64,000 bases of DNA from an uncultured delta proteobacterium (lineage in GTDB: Bacteria > Myxococcota_A > Polyangia > Polyangiales > JAFGIB01). The notes below the pieces were generated by a model. The model saw nothing but the letters and a program-made list of their open reading frames with translations. It ran no database searches and was not told where the DNA came from. Below are positions 1-12,245 of the stretch, piece after piece. Position 1 is the stretch's first letter, and each line of letters begins with the position of its first letter. The translations under genes and the position numbers were made by a program. The stretch covers positions 640,001-704,000 of the forward strand of contig CAVZVA010000003.1 of NCBI GenBank assembly GCA_963778655.1, in the 5' to 3' direction.

Positions 1-56
1 CGGCCGCTCGCCCGTTCGGGTCCGTTTCCGTCGGCGCAGGGCCGGACCCGGAGCTC

Positions 57-120
57 ACAGGAAGGCGCGCAGGCGGGAAGCAGGAGACCGCGGGTTCTTC
101 CCGTCTTCCCGCCTTCCTGT
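57..120. repeat. Intergenic palindromic REP-like element (ACAGGAAG-r-CGGGAAG family)
   Basis: acaggaaggcgcgcaggcgggaag (57-80) is an imperfect reverse complement of cttcccgtcttcccgccttcctgt (97-120); related copies at 3167-3224, 5903-5937 and 12146-12220. Confidence 0.7.
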
Positions 121-172
121 TGCATTCCCGGGGCCGCCCGCGAGCAGGAATCCAGCCTAATCCGATCGGGAA

Positions 173-200
173 TTGACAAAATCGGATCCTGGGCCACAAT
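173..200 (+). promoter_or_regulatory. Putative sigma70-type promoter of the reductase gene
   Basis: TTGACA (173-178), 16-nt spacer, CACAAT (195-200), about 60 nt upstream of ATG 261. Confidence 0.5.
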
Positions 201-260
201 CGCCCGGAGCTCGCGGCCGGCTGCTGTCGGTCCGTTGTTGTCTTTCAAAAGGTGGAAAGC

Positions 261-2537
<2,277 letters not shown>

Positions 2538-2551
2538 GGACACGCGACCCG

Positions 2552-3130
2552 ATGGATGCCAAGCGTTTGGATCTGAAGCTGTTCGCGACGCGCAGCGATG
2601 GTGTGGAGCTGGCGCACCTGATCCCCGTGTTCCACGGCTGGATCCAGCGCGGCGCGATCAAGGACCAGCTGCTGATCGACGTGGCCGACTACTCGCACGT
2701 GGTCGACGGGCCGGGCGTGTTGCTGGTCGGACACGAGGCCCACTACGGCTACGAGCGCCAGGCCGGGCGCGACGGGCTGCTCTACAGCCAGCGCCGCGCG
2801 CCGGTCGAAGGCGGTTTCGTCGAGCGGCTGCGCTACGCGCTGCTGCACGCGCTGCGTGCCGCGTCGCTGCTGCAGCAGGACGAAGCGCTGGCGGGCAAGC
2901 TGAGGTTCGGCGGGCAGGAGCTGGTGTTGCGCATCAACGACCGGTTGGCCGCGCCGAACGCGCCCGAGACCTTTGCGGCGGTCGAGCCGGCGCTGCGCGA
3001 GCTGCTGAGCCCGCTGCTCGGATCCGGGCTGAGCCTGCAGCCCGGCGCCCCCGGTGCCGAGCTGTTCGCGCTGCACGCCCGCGCCGAGCAGCCGGTCGCG
3101 GTGGACACGCTGCTGGCGCGGCTGGCCTAG
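2552..3130 (+). CDS. Hypothetical protein, probably co-transcribed with the reductase
   Basis: GAGGA RBS-like sequence before ATG 2552 (alternative GTG 2534 overlaps the upstream stop); globular-looking sequence with host-like codon usage. Confidence 0.75.
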   Translation: MDAKRLDLKLFATRSDGVELAHLIPVFHGWIQRGAIKDQLLIDVADYSHVVDGPGVLLVGHEAHYGYERQAGRDGLLYSQRRAPVEGGFVERLRYALLHALRAASLLQQDEALAGKLRFGGQELVLRINDRLAAPNAPETFAAVEPALRELLSPLLGSGLSLQPGAPGAELFALHARAEQPVAVDTLLARLA

Positions 3131-3166
3131 CCAGCTCCCGTCCAGAGACGGCGCTTCGGAGGATTC

Positions 3167-3224
3167 AACCGGAAGACGGGAAGGCCAGTAGAACAAGATA
3201 CTCCGGGCTTCCCGCCTTCCTGTT
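3167..3224. repeat. REP-like palindromic element, second copy
   Basis: aaccggaagacgggaag (3167-3183) is inverted relative to cttcccgccttcctgtt (3208-3224). Confidence 0.7.
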
Positions 3225-3276
3225 CTCTTGGCCCCAGGGTCGCTGCATTCGCCCTCAAAGCGCCCCGGGAGTGGCT

Positions 3277-3316
3277 TTGACAAGCGCGCGGCCATCAAGT
3301 ATACACTGATGTATAC
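3277..3316 (+). promoter_or_regulatory. Sigma70-type promoter with an overlapping palindromic operator (TetR-like)
   Basis: TTGACA (3277-3282), 17 nt, TATACA (3300-3305); perfect inverted repeat GTATACA-ctga-TGTATAC (3299-3316) covers the -10 box. Confidence 0.7.
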
Positions 3317-3387
3317 CCGTCAGTGGCCGGCGCTTGGTAGGCCGCGTCCCTGAGGCGCCCGCAGCCGCCGGCGCAGTGGAGAGCCCG

Positions 3388-4497
3388 ATGTACGCGTTCG
3401 ACCCGACCGAAGAGCAGCAGATGATCCTGGACACGGCGCGCGAGTTCGCGCGCAAGCAGATGGCGCCCAAGGCGCACGACGCCGATGAGGCGGCCGCGCT
3501 GCCCGCGGGTTTCCTTGAGCAAGCGTGGGAGCTCGGGCTGGCCGTGGCCGCGATTCCCGAGAAGTACAACGGTGCGGCCATGCCGCGCTCGGCGGTCACC
3601 GGCGCGCTGCTGCTGGAGGAGCTGGGCGCGGGCGACCTGGCGATGGCGCTGGCGATGCTGGCGCCCGCCACGTTCGCCTATCCGATCCTCGACTACGGCA
3701 CCGAGGCCCAGAAGGACAAGTGGCTCGCGCGCTGCACCGCGTCCAGCGTGCCCAAGCTCACCGCCGCGCTGGTCGAGCCCAGCATGGACTTCGACCCCAC
3801 CGCGCTCGGCTGCCGCGCGCAGAAGAGCGGCGACGGCTACGAGCTGAGCGGCCAGAAGTGCTTCGTCCCCAACGGCGCCACAGCCGAGGCGTTCCTGGTC
3901 TACGCGCGCGAGGGCGAGGCCGAGGGCTTCAAGGGTGTGCAGGCGTTCATCGTGCCGCGCGACACCCCGGGACTGAAGCTCGGCGAGCGCGAGAAGAACA
4001 TGGGGGTGCTCGCGCTGGACAGCGTCGAGCTGGCGCTGGACGGCGTGAAGCTGCCGGCGGACGCACGCGTGGGCGGCGCGGCGGGCATCGATTTCGAGCG
4101 CATCATGAGCTATTCGCGCGTGGCGCTGGCCGCACTGGCGCTGGGCGTCGCGCGCGCCGCCTACGAGCACTCGGTCGACTACGCCAAGGAGCGCAAGACC
4201 TTCGGGCGGCCGATCGCGACGCGCCAGGCGATCGCGTTCTCGGTCGCGGACATGCGCATCGAGCTCGACGCCGCGCGCATGCTGGTGTGGGAGGCGGCCT
4301 GGCGGCTCGACAAGGGCGAGACGGCCACCAAGGAAACCTACCTCGCCAAGCTCTACGCCGACGAGATGGTGCTCAAGGTGACCGACGACGCCGTGCTGGT
4401 GATGGGCGGCCACGGGTTCATCCGCGAAAACCCGGTCGAGCGCTGGCTGCGCAACGGCCGCGGCTTCGCCGCCTTCGAGGGACTCGCGCTGGTCTAG
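3388..4497 (+). CDS. Acyl-CoA dehydrogenase family protein
   Basis: N-terminal 'FDPTEEQQMI..AREFA', LSGQKCFV, YAKERKTFGRPI..RQAI, MGGHGFIRENPVERWLR. Confidence 0.9.
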   Translation: MYAFDPTEEQQMILDTAREFARKQMAPKAHDADEAAALPAGFLEQAWELGLAVAAIPEKYNGAAMPRSAVTGALLLEELGAGDLAMALAMLAPATFAYPILDYGTEAQKDKWLARCTASSVPKLTAALVEPSMDFDPTALGCRAQKSGDGYELSGQKCFVPNGATAEAFLVYAREGEAEGFKGVQAFIVPRDTPGLKLGEREKNMGVLALDSVELALDGVKLPADARVGGAAGIDFERIMSYSRVALAALALGVARAAYEHSVDYAKERKTFGRPIATRQAIAFSVADMRIELDAARMLVWEAAWRLDKGETATKETYLAKLYADEMVLKVTDDAVLVMGGHGFIRENPVERWLRNGRGFAAFEGLALV

Positions 4498-4623
4498 AAC
4501 GTGACGAACAAGCGACATCACAACCCGGCGCAGCCGGGCCCGCGTTGGGTGGGGCCTCATCGAATTCACTTCGAAGGGGCTGGGCCGCAAGGCCGGCGCG
4601 CCGCCCGGCAATAAGGAGCAGTC

Positions 4624-5868
4624 ATGCCGATCAACTTTCAGCACAATGAGTACATCCAGGGCGTGGCCGACGGTCTGGCGCAGATCGCGAAGACGGTGAT
4701 GCGGCCGATCACGCGCGAGGTCGACGAGGGCGAGCACCACCGCGAGCCGGTCGAGTACTTCACGACCATGTGGGACATCCTGAAAGCGATGGGCGGTGGC
4801 GCCGCGGCCTCACCGGTAATGGGCGCGCGCCAGAGCGGCGACAAGCGCACGCGGACAGGCAACGTGCTCAGCATCGTGTTCGTCGAGACGCTGGCGTGGG
4901 GCGACTGCGGCATGTACTTGTCGACGCCGATGCCGCTGCTGGGCGGCGCGGCCGTGGGCGCGGCGGGCACGCCCGAACAGAAGGAACGCTTTCTCAAGCG
5001 CTTTAGCGACGGCAAACCGAAGTGGGCGGCGATGGCCATCACCGAGCCGGGCGCGGGCTCGGACGCGGGCGCGATCACGACCACCGCGCGCCTGGATGGC
5101 GACCACTGGGTGCTCAACGGCGAGAAGATCTTCGTCACTGCCGGCAAGCGCGCGGTGGCGGACTCCGAGGGCTTCGTGGTGGTGTGGGCGACCGTGGACA
5201 AGAAAGCGGGGCGCGCGGGCATCAAGTCGTTCGTGGTCGACCACCACACGCCGGGGATGACCGTGGTCAAGATCGAGAAGAAGCACGGCATCCGCTGTTC
5301 GGACACAGCCGCGATCGTGTTCGACAACTGCCGCGTTCCCAAGGAGAACGTGCTTGGCGACGCCGAGGTCAAGACCCAGACCACCGAGGGCTTCAAGGGC
5401 GCGATGGCGACCTTCGACGCCACGCGGCCACCGGTGGCGGCGAGCGCGGTGGGCGTGGGCCGCGCGGCGCTCGAGGCGCTCGAGGAGCAGCTCGAGGCCA
5501 AAGGTGAGAAGCCTCGCTACGGGATCGCGCCGAACAAGCTGAGCGCGCGCGAGCGGGACCTGATGCTGATGCAGGCCAAGGTGAAGGCGTCGTGGCTGCT
5601 CACGGTCAAGGCCTCCTGGATGGCCGACATGGGCGAGCCGAACAACCTCGAGGCCAGCATCTGCAAGTGCAAGGCCGGTCGCGATATGGTGTGGGTGTGC
5701 CAGAAGGCGGTCGAGCTGATGGGCCCGCTCGGTTACTCGCGCAAGTACCTGTTCGAGAAGTGGATGCGCGACAGCAAGATCGGCGACATCTACGAGGGCA
5801 CCCAGCAGATCCAGAAGCTGGTGGTCGCGCGCCGCATCTTCGGCTACAGCCGCGAAGAGCTGGCCTGA
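4624..5868 (+). CDS. Acyl-CoA dehydrogenase family protein
   Basis: AMAITEPGAGSD, LNGEKIFVT, EKWMRDSKIGDIYEGTQQIQ; AAGGAG RBS upstream. Confidence 0.92.
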   Translation: MPINFQHNEYIQGVADGLAQIAKTVMRPITREVDEGEHHREPVEYFTTMWDILKAMGGGAAASPVMGARQSGDKRTRTGNVLSIVFVETLAWGDCGMYLSTPMPLLGGAAVGAAGTPEQKERFLKRFSDGKPKWAAMAITEPGAGSDAGAITTTARLDGDHWVLNGEKIFVTAGKRAVADSEGFVVVWATVDKKAGRAGIKSFVVDHHTPGMTVVKIEKKHGIRCSDTAAIVFDNCRVPKENVLGDAEVKTQTTEGFKGAMATFDATRPPVAASAVGVGRAALEALEEQLEAKGEKPRYGIAPNKLSARERDLMLMQAKVKASWLLTVKASWMADMGEPNNLEASICKCKAGRDMVWVCQKAVELMGPLGYSRKYLFEKWMRDSKIGDIYEGTQQIQKLVVARRIFGYSREELA

Positions 5869-5902
5869 TCGCTTCGCAGCGCGCCCTGGCGCAGGAAGAT
5901 TC

Positions 5903-5937
5903 ACAGGAAGACGAGGAACTTACTCCCGGCTTCCTGT
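5903..5937. repeat. Short degenerate REP-like palindrome, possible terminator
   Basis: acaggaagacgagga ... tcccggcttcctgt just downstream of the acyl-CoA dehydrogenase pair. Confidence 0.5.
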
Positions 5938-6085
5938 TGTCCCCTCTTCCAAAGCGCGACGCTGGGCACAACGTGTGTGCTGGTGGTTGCGGATGCCACG
6001 TTTGCTCCGCAATGGCCCGCTCGAAGGCGCGAAGCGGTTGCGATCCTGGGGGGGGCGAGCGAGGCTGTAAACGCGGAGTGCGGTA

Positions 6086-7000
<915 letters not shown>

Positions 7001-7010
7001 TTCAGGTTGA

Positions 7011-7049
7011 CGGGAGGGGCTCGCGCCCTCCCGCCGCACCGGCAAAGCC
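7011..7049. repeat. Solitary partial copy of the start of the 109-bp array
   Basis: cgggaggggctcgcgccctcccgccgcaccggcaaagcc matches 23387-23426 with about 3 differences. Confidence 0.7.
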
Positions 7050-7068
7050 CACCGGCCGTGGTACAAGG

Positions 7069-7767
7069 ATGACCATGGCCGAGGACAAGTTGCCGCGGAT
7101 CGTCGAGGCGCGCATGAAGCTCAAGGCGCGCTTCGAAGCCAAGACGGCGGGCACGCCATCGCTCGCGGATCCGCGGCCCATGGGCAGCGGCCCCGGCAAC
7201 CGGCACGGCATGCCCAAGTTGCCCGTCGGTCAGACCGAGTCGCGCAAGTGGCCGGTGCTCGACCTCGGCATCTCGCCCAAGGTCGACCGCGACAGCTTCA
7301 AGCTGATGGTCGACGGTGCGGTCGAGCACCCGTACGCGCTCGACTTCGCAGGCTTGCTCGCGCTGTCGCAGGTGCAGGACACGAGCGACTTTCACTGCGT
7401 GACCGCCTGGTCGCGCATGGACCTGCGCTGGATCGGCGTGCGCCTGTCGGATGCGCTCGCCCTGGCCGAGCCGAAACCCAGCGCCACGCACCTGATGTGC
7501 CACGGCTCCGATGGCTACAGCACCAACCTCTCGCTCGAGGAAGCGCTCAAGCCCGACGTGCTGCTCGCCCACAGCGTCGACGGCGAGCCGTTGCCCCACG
7601 AGCACGGCGGGCCAGTGCGCGTGATCACCCCGCAGCTCTACGCCTGGAAGGGCGCCAAGTGGATCTGCCGCCTCGAGCTGCTCAGCGCCAACGCCCCAGG
7701 CTTCTGGGAGCAGCGCGGCTACTCCAACACCGCGCTGCCCTGGCGCAACGACCGCTACGACCGCTGA
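7069..7767 (+). CDS. Molybdopterin-dependent oxidoreductase (sulfite oxidase-like)
   Basis: DFHCVTAWS, DGYSTNL, PHEHGGPVRVITPQLYAWKGAKW, GFWEQRGY; start taken at ATG 7069 within the longer ORF call. Confidence 0.88.
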   Translation: MTMAEDKLPRIVEARMKLKARFEAKTAGTPSLADPRPMGSGPGNRHGMPKLPVGQTESRKWPVLDLGISPKVDRDSFKLMVDGAVEHPYALDFAGLLALSQVQDTSDFHCVTAWSRMDLRWIGVRLSDALALAEPKPSATHLMCHGSDGYSTNLSLEEALKPDVLLAHSVDGEPLPHEHGGPVRVITPQLYAWKGAKWICRLELLSANAPGFWEQRGYSNTALPWRNDRYDR

Positions 7768-7964
7768 TCGCGATTCGCTTCGCGAGGGCTGTGCCATGTT
7801 GTGCCATGGCGCAGTCGGGGGCACCGCGGGCGGGTCGTAACTCGGCTCTGTCGTTCGCCCGCGGCAGCGCGTACACGCGGCCCGCCGCCCTTCCCCATTG
7901 CGCCGGCGTGCCCCGACCGGGCAGGATCTTTCGGACCCGTCATGCGTCCACGAGGGGCAGGGAC

Positions 7965-10900
7965 ATGAATAGAGCGAGTGCCTGCGCATTCGGCTGTGCG
8001 CTGTGGTGTGTGATGACTGCGGGGCCGGCCTTGGCCGCGCCGCCCGTGGAGGTTCCCGGGCCGCTGCAGCCGTGGGTGCCGTGGGTGCTGGCCGACGCGC
8101 CGGAGCACGCCTGCGCGTTCGAAGGCGATCGCGCGCTGTGCGTGTGGCCCGGACAGCTCGAGCTGCAGCTCGATGCGCACGGCGGGCGCTTCGCGCAGCG
8201 GGTGCAGCTCGACCGAGCGCAGGCGTTCGCGCTGCCCGGCAGCGCCGTCGCCTGGCCCAGTGCGGTGCGCGTCGACGGCCGCGCGGGAAGCGTGCTCGAC
8301 GACGGCGGCGTCCCCAGCGTGACGCTCGAGCCCGGCGTGCATCGCATCGAAGGTCGCTTCGAATGGAACGCGCTGCCCGAACGGCTTGCGCTCGGTGAGA
8401 CCACGGCCACGGTGGCGCTGCGCGTCGATGGCCAGCTGGTGCCCTTCCCGCGGCGCGATGAGGGGGGTGCGCTGTGGCTGCGCGGCACGGCGGCGAGCGG
8501 CGAGGAAGGCGACGAGCTCGCGCTCAGCGTCGCGCGCAAGCTTGAAGACGGCGTGCCGCTGCTCGTGACCACGCGCATCGATCTGCACGTGGCGGGGCGC
8601 GCGCGCGAGGTGAGCCTCGGCCGCGTGCTGCTCGACGGCACCGTGCCGCTGGCGGTCGAGGGCGAGCTACCGGCGCGGCTCGAGCCTGACGGCGAGCTGC
8701 GCTTGCAGGTGCGCGCGGGCAAGTACCGCGTCGAGGTGCGCGCGCGCAGCGAGGGCTCGCCCGCGGCGTTCGCCTACCGCCGCGGGGGCGCGAGCTGGCC
8801 GCAGAGCGAGGTCTGGGTGTTCCAGGCGGACGAGGCGCTGCGCCAGGTCGAGCTCTCGGGGGCACCGGCGATCGACCCGGCGCGCACCGAGCTCGATCCG
8901 GACTGGCGCTCGCTGCCGGCGTTCGCGCTGCGCGCAGGCGTTGCGCTGCACCTCGGCACCGTGCGCCGCGGCGAGAGCGCGCCGCCCCCCAATCGCATTG
9001 GGCTGTCGCGCGAGCTGTGGCTCGACCTCGATGGCCGCGGCTTTACCGCGCGCGACAACATCGACGCCCAGCTGCGCCAGGGCTTTCGCCTCGACCTGCT
9101 GCAAGGCGAGCTGGGACACGTGGCCGCTGGCGGTCAGGATCTGCTGATCACGCGCTCGCCCGACGGCAAGCACGCGGGCGTCGAGCTGCGCAGCGCGCAC
9201 CAGGCGCTGGTCGCGGAGTGGCGCACGAACAAGGCGGACGGGGTGCTGCCCGCGGTCGGCTGGTCCGAGGATGTGCAGTCGCTCTCGACCACGCTGCACC
9301 TCGGGCCCGGATTCAGCGTGCTGGCGGCGACCGGCGCCGACAGCGTCAGCCAGAGTTGGCTGCAGGACTGGGACCTGTTCGACTTCTTCTTCGTGCTGCT
9401 GATCGCGATTGCGGCCGGGCGGCTTTCGGGCTGGCCCGCCGCCGTGCTCGCGCTGGTCACGCTGGTGCTGTGTCATCAAGAACAGGAGGCACCGGCCGGG
9501 GCATGGTTCGCGTTGCTGGGCGCGATGGCGTTGCTGCGCGTGGTGCCCGCGGGCTGGTTCCGCAACCTGGTGCGCGTGGGGTACGCGCTCGCCGCGGTCA
9601 CTCTGTTGGTGATCGCGGTGCCGTTCGCGGTCGGTCAGATCCGCCAGGCGATCTATCCCCAGCTCGCGCAGGGCTGGGCTGGCTACAGCCAGCCGCCCAT
9701 GCTCGCGCGTCCGGCTGCGCCGCCGCTGATGAAGGCCGGCGCTGGGAGCGCTGCGATGAACGAGCCCGCCCCGGAGGCCGAAGCCGCCGCGCCGCAGAGC
9801 CAAGCAGCCGCGCGACCCGAGCCGAAGCTGATGAGGCAGGTCCGCAAGGCCGACCAGACGGTGGTGCAGAAGGCCGCGCCGGAATGGCTCGACGACAGCT
9901 ACACCGCGAGCCGAGCGCTGCAGCAAGATCCCGAAGCCAGCGTGCAGATGGGCCCAGGTGTGCCGCGCTGGCAGTGGCGCAGCTGGCAGCTGCGTTGGTC
10001 GGGGCCGGTGGAGAAGGGCCATCAGCTGCGGCTGTACCTGCTGTCGCCGGCGCAGAATCGCGTGCTGTCTCTGCTGCGTGTGGTGCTGTTGGCTGCGCTG
10101 CTGGCGCTGCTGCTGCGGCGCGCGACCCCTGGCCGCGACCGGCCGCAGCCCGCGCCCAAGTCGCCACCGCCCGCGGTCGCGGCGGCCGCCGTGCTGCTCG
10201 CGCTCGGCGCCGTGCTGTGCGGCGCGCGACCGGCGCGCGCGCAGCTGCCCGACAGCGAGCTGCTCTCCGAGCTGCGCACGCGCCTGACCAAGCCCGCCGA
10301 GTGCCGTCCGAGCTGCGCGTCGATCGACGAGCTGTCGCTCGACGTGAGCGATGCCGGGCTGGTGATGGTCGCCCACGTGCACGCGGGCGAGCGCACCGCG
10401 GTGCGCCTGCCGGGGCCGGCCGCAACCTGGACGCCGGCGCAGATCACGCTCGACCACAAGTCGGATGCGCCGGTTGCACTGCTCGAGGACGGCTTTCTGC
10501 ACGTGCGCGTCGAGCCGGGGGTGCACCTGGTCGAGCTGCGCGGCCCGCTGCCTGCGACCGACACGCTGACGCTGGCGTTCGCGGACCGTCCGCACCGGGC
10601 GCGGGTGCAGGCGCGCGGCTACAAGGTCGACGGCGTGCACGAAGACGGACGGGTGGAGCAGACGCTGCAGCTCAGCCGCGTGCTGTCTGCGACGCAGGGC
10701 AAGCCGCTGCAAGGCGCAGCGCTGCCGCCGTGGCTGCTGCTCGAGCGCGAGATCGCGCTCGGCCCGAGCTGGGAGGCGCACAACCGGCTGACGCGCGTGA
10801 CGCCGGCAGGCACGCCGATCATGGTGCGGGTGCCCCTGCTCGCGGGCGAGGCGGTTACCGACGATTCGCTGCAGGTGGTCGGCGGCGAGCTGCAGGTGTC

Positions 10901-12119
10901 GTTCGGACGCGACCAGCAGAGCATCGAGTGGAGCTCGCGTCTGACGCCTGCTCCGCGGCTCGAGCTGAGCGCGGCGCGGGGCGCGCCCTTCAGCGAGCGC
11001 TGGACTCTGCTGTGCGGACCGATCTGGCACTGCGAGCTCAGCGGTCTGACGCCGACGCGGCGAGTGCAGAACGGTCGCTTCGAGCTCGCGCTGCAGCCCT
11101 GGCCCGGCGAGAAGGCGAGCCTGGCGGTGACGCGGCCTGCGCCCGCGTCCGGGCAGTCGGTGGCGATCGACGTGGCCGAGCTCGACGTCACGCCGGGCGT
11201 GCGCTTGCTCGACGCCACGCTCGCGCTCGAGCTGCGCAGCAGCCGCGGCGCGAGCCAGCGCGTGAGCCTGCCGCACGGCGCGCGCGTGCAGTCGCTGCAG
11301 ATGGACGGGCGCGAGCAGCCGATGCGGATCGAGGGCGACGCGATCGAGCTCACCCTGCAGCCCGGCCCGCACGCGCTGAGCCTGCGCTGGCAGCAGGCGA
11401 GCGCGATGGGCGGCGGCACGCGCGTGCCGCAGGTGCGGCTCGGACGGCCCGCGGCCAACGCGCGGGTGCATGTGCGCGTACCGAGCGAGCGCTGGCTGCT
11501 GTGGGCGAGCGGGCCGGCCTGGGGCCCGGCGATCCTGTTCTGGGGCTATCTGGTGCTGGTGCTGGGGGCCGCGTTGCTGCTCGGACGCATGGGTCGCAGC
11601 CCGCTGCGCACACATCAATGGCTGCTGCTCGGGCTCGGCCTGACGCAGGTGCCCGCGCCGGCGGTGCTGGTCGTGGTGGGCTGGTTCTTCGTGATGGCGT
11701 ACCGCGAGCGCATGCCGCAGCAGAGCCGCTGGGTGCACAACCTCAGCCAGCTCGCGCTCGGGGTCTGGACGCTAAGCGCGCTGGGCGTGCTGTATGACGC
11801 GGTGCAGGCCGGCCTGCTGATGCACCCCGACATGCAGGTCGCCGGCGCCGGCAGCGACGGCAACGACCTGCGCTGGTACGTCGACCGCGTGAGCGACGCG
11901 CTGCCCACGCCCGCGATCTACAGCGCCCCGATGTGGCTGTGGCGGGTGTCGATGTTGCTGTGGTCGCTATGGCTGGCCGCGAGCCTGGTGCGCTGGCTGC
12001 CGTGGGCCTTCAACTGCCTGCGCCACGGTGGGTTGTGGAAGAAGGCGCCCAAGCGCGCGGCCCCCATGCCGCCGGCCGTGCCGCCGCCGGCCCCGCAGCC
12101 ACCGCCCGGCTCGCCATGA
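7965..12119 (+). CDS. Large secreted/polytopic membrane protein of unknown function, apparently two-part
   Basis: N-terminal signal peptide (..TAGPALA), beta-rich domain, TM bundle, internal signal-like segment (..GARPARA|Q), second beta-rich domain and second TM bundle. Confidence 0.8.
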   Translation: MNRASACAFGCALWCVMTAGPALAAPPVEVPGPLQPWVPWVLADAPEHACAFEGDRALCVWPGQLELQLDAHGGRFAQRVQLDRAQAFALPGSAVAWPSAVRVDGRAGSVLDDGGVPSVTLEPGVHRIEGRFEWNALPERLALGETTATVALRVDGQLVPFPRRDEGGALWLRGTAASGEEGDELALSVARKLEDGVPLLVTTRIDLHVAGRAREVSLGRVLLDGTVPLAVEGELPARLEPDGELRLQVRAGKYRVEVRARSEGSPAAFAYRRGGASWPQSEVWVFQADEALRQVELSGAPAIDPARTELDPDWRSLPAFALRAGVALHLGTVRRGESAPPPNRIGLSRELWLDLDGRGFTARDNIDAQLRQGFRLDLLQGELGHVAAGGQDLLITRSPDGKHAGVELRSAHQALVAEWRTNKADGVLPAVGWSEDVQSLSTTLHLGPGFSVLAATGADSVSQSWLQDWDLFDFFFVLLIAIAAGRLSGWPAAVLALVTLVLCHQEQEAPAGAWFALLGAMALLRVVPAGWFRNLVRVGYALAAVTLLVIAVPFAVGQIRQAIYPQLAQGWAGYSQPPMLARPAAPPLMKAGAGSAAMNEPAPEAEAAAPQSQAAARPEPKLMRQVRKADQTVVQKAAPEWLDDSYTASRALQQDPEASVQMGPGVPRWQWRSWQLRWSGPVEKGHQLRLYLLSPAQNRVLSLLRVVLLAALLALLLRRATPGRDRPQPAPKSPPPAVAAAAVLLALGAVLCGARPARAQLPDSELLSELRTRLTKPAECRPSCASIDELSLDVSDAGLVMVAHVHAGERTAVRLPGPAATWTPAQITLDHKSDAPVALLEDGFLHVRVEPGVHLVELRGPLPATDTLTLAFADRPHRARVQARGYKVDGVHEDGRVEQTLQLSRVLSATQGKPLQGAALPPWLLLEREIALGPSWEAHNRLTRVTPAGTPIMVRVPLLAGEAVTDDSLQVVGGELQVSFGRDQQSIEWSSRLTPAPRLELSAARGAPFSERWTLLCGPIWHCELSGLTPTRRVQNGRFELALQPWPGEKASLAVTRPAPASGQSVAIDVAELDVTPGVRLLDATLALELRSSRGASQRVSLPHGARVQSLQMDGREQPMRIEGDAIELTLQPGPHALSLRWQQASAMGGGTRVPQVRLGRPAANARVHVRVPSERWLLWASGPAWGPAILFWGYLVLVLGAALLLGRMGRSPLRTHQWLLLGLGLTQVPAPAVLVVVGWFFVMAYRERMPQQSRWVHNLSQLALGVWTLSALGVLYDAVQAGLLMHPDMQVAGAGSDGNDLRWYVDRVSDALPTPAIYSAPMWLWRVSMLLWSLWLAASLVRWLPWAFNCLRHGGLWKKAPKRAAPMPPAVPPPAPQPPPGSP

Positions 12120-12245
12120 CTCGCGAGGCGGAGCGGAGGAAATGCAACAGCAAGGCGAACAGACGGGGAGAGCTCCATGATGATCGGAGCCGCACCGCCC
12201 GATCTTCCCGTCTTCCTATGGTTCCAAGTCACTGGCTCTGACGCC

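Noticed and set aside
8667..11797. Long ORFs 8667-11738 (-) and 9017-11797 (+)
   Set aside because: Shadow frames of the real CDS 7965-12119; Arg/Ala-rich products typical of high-GC DNA
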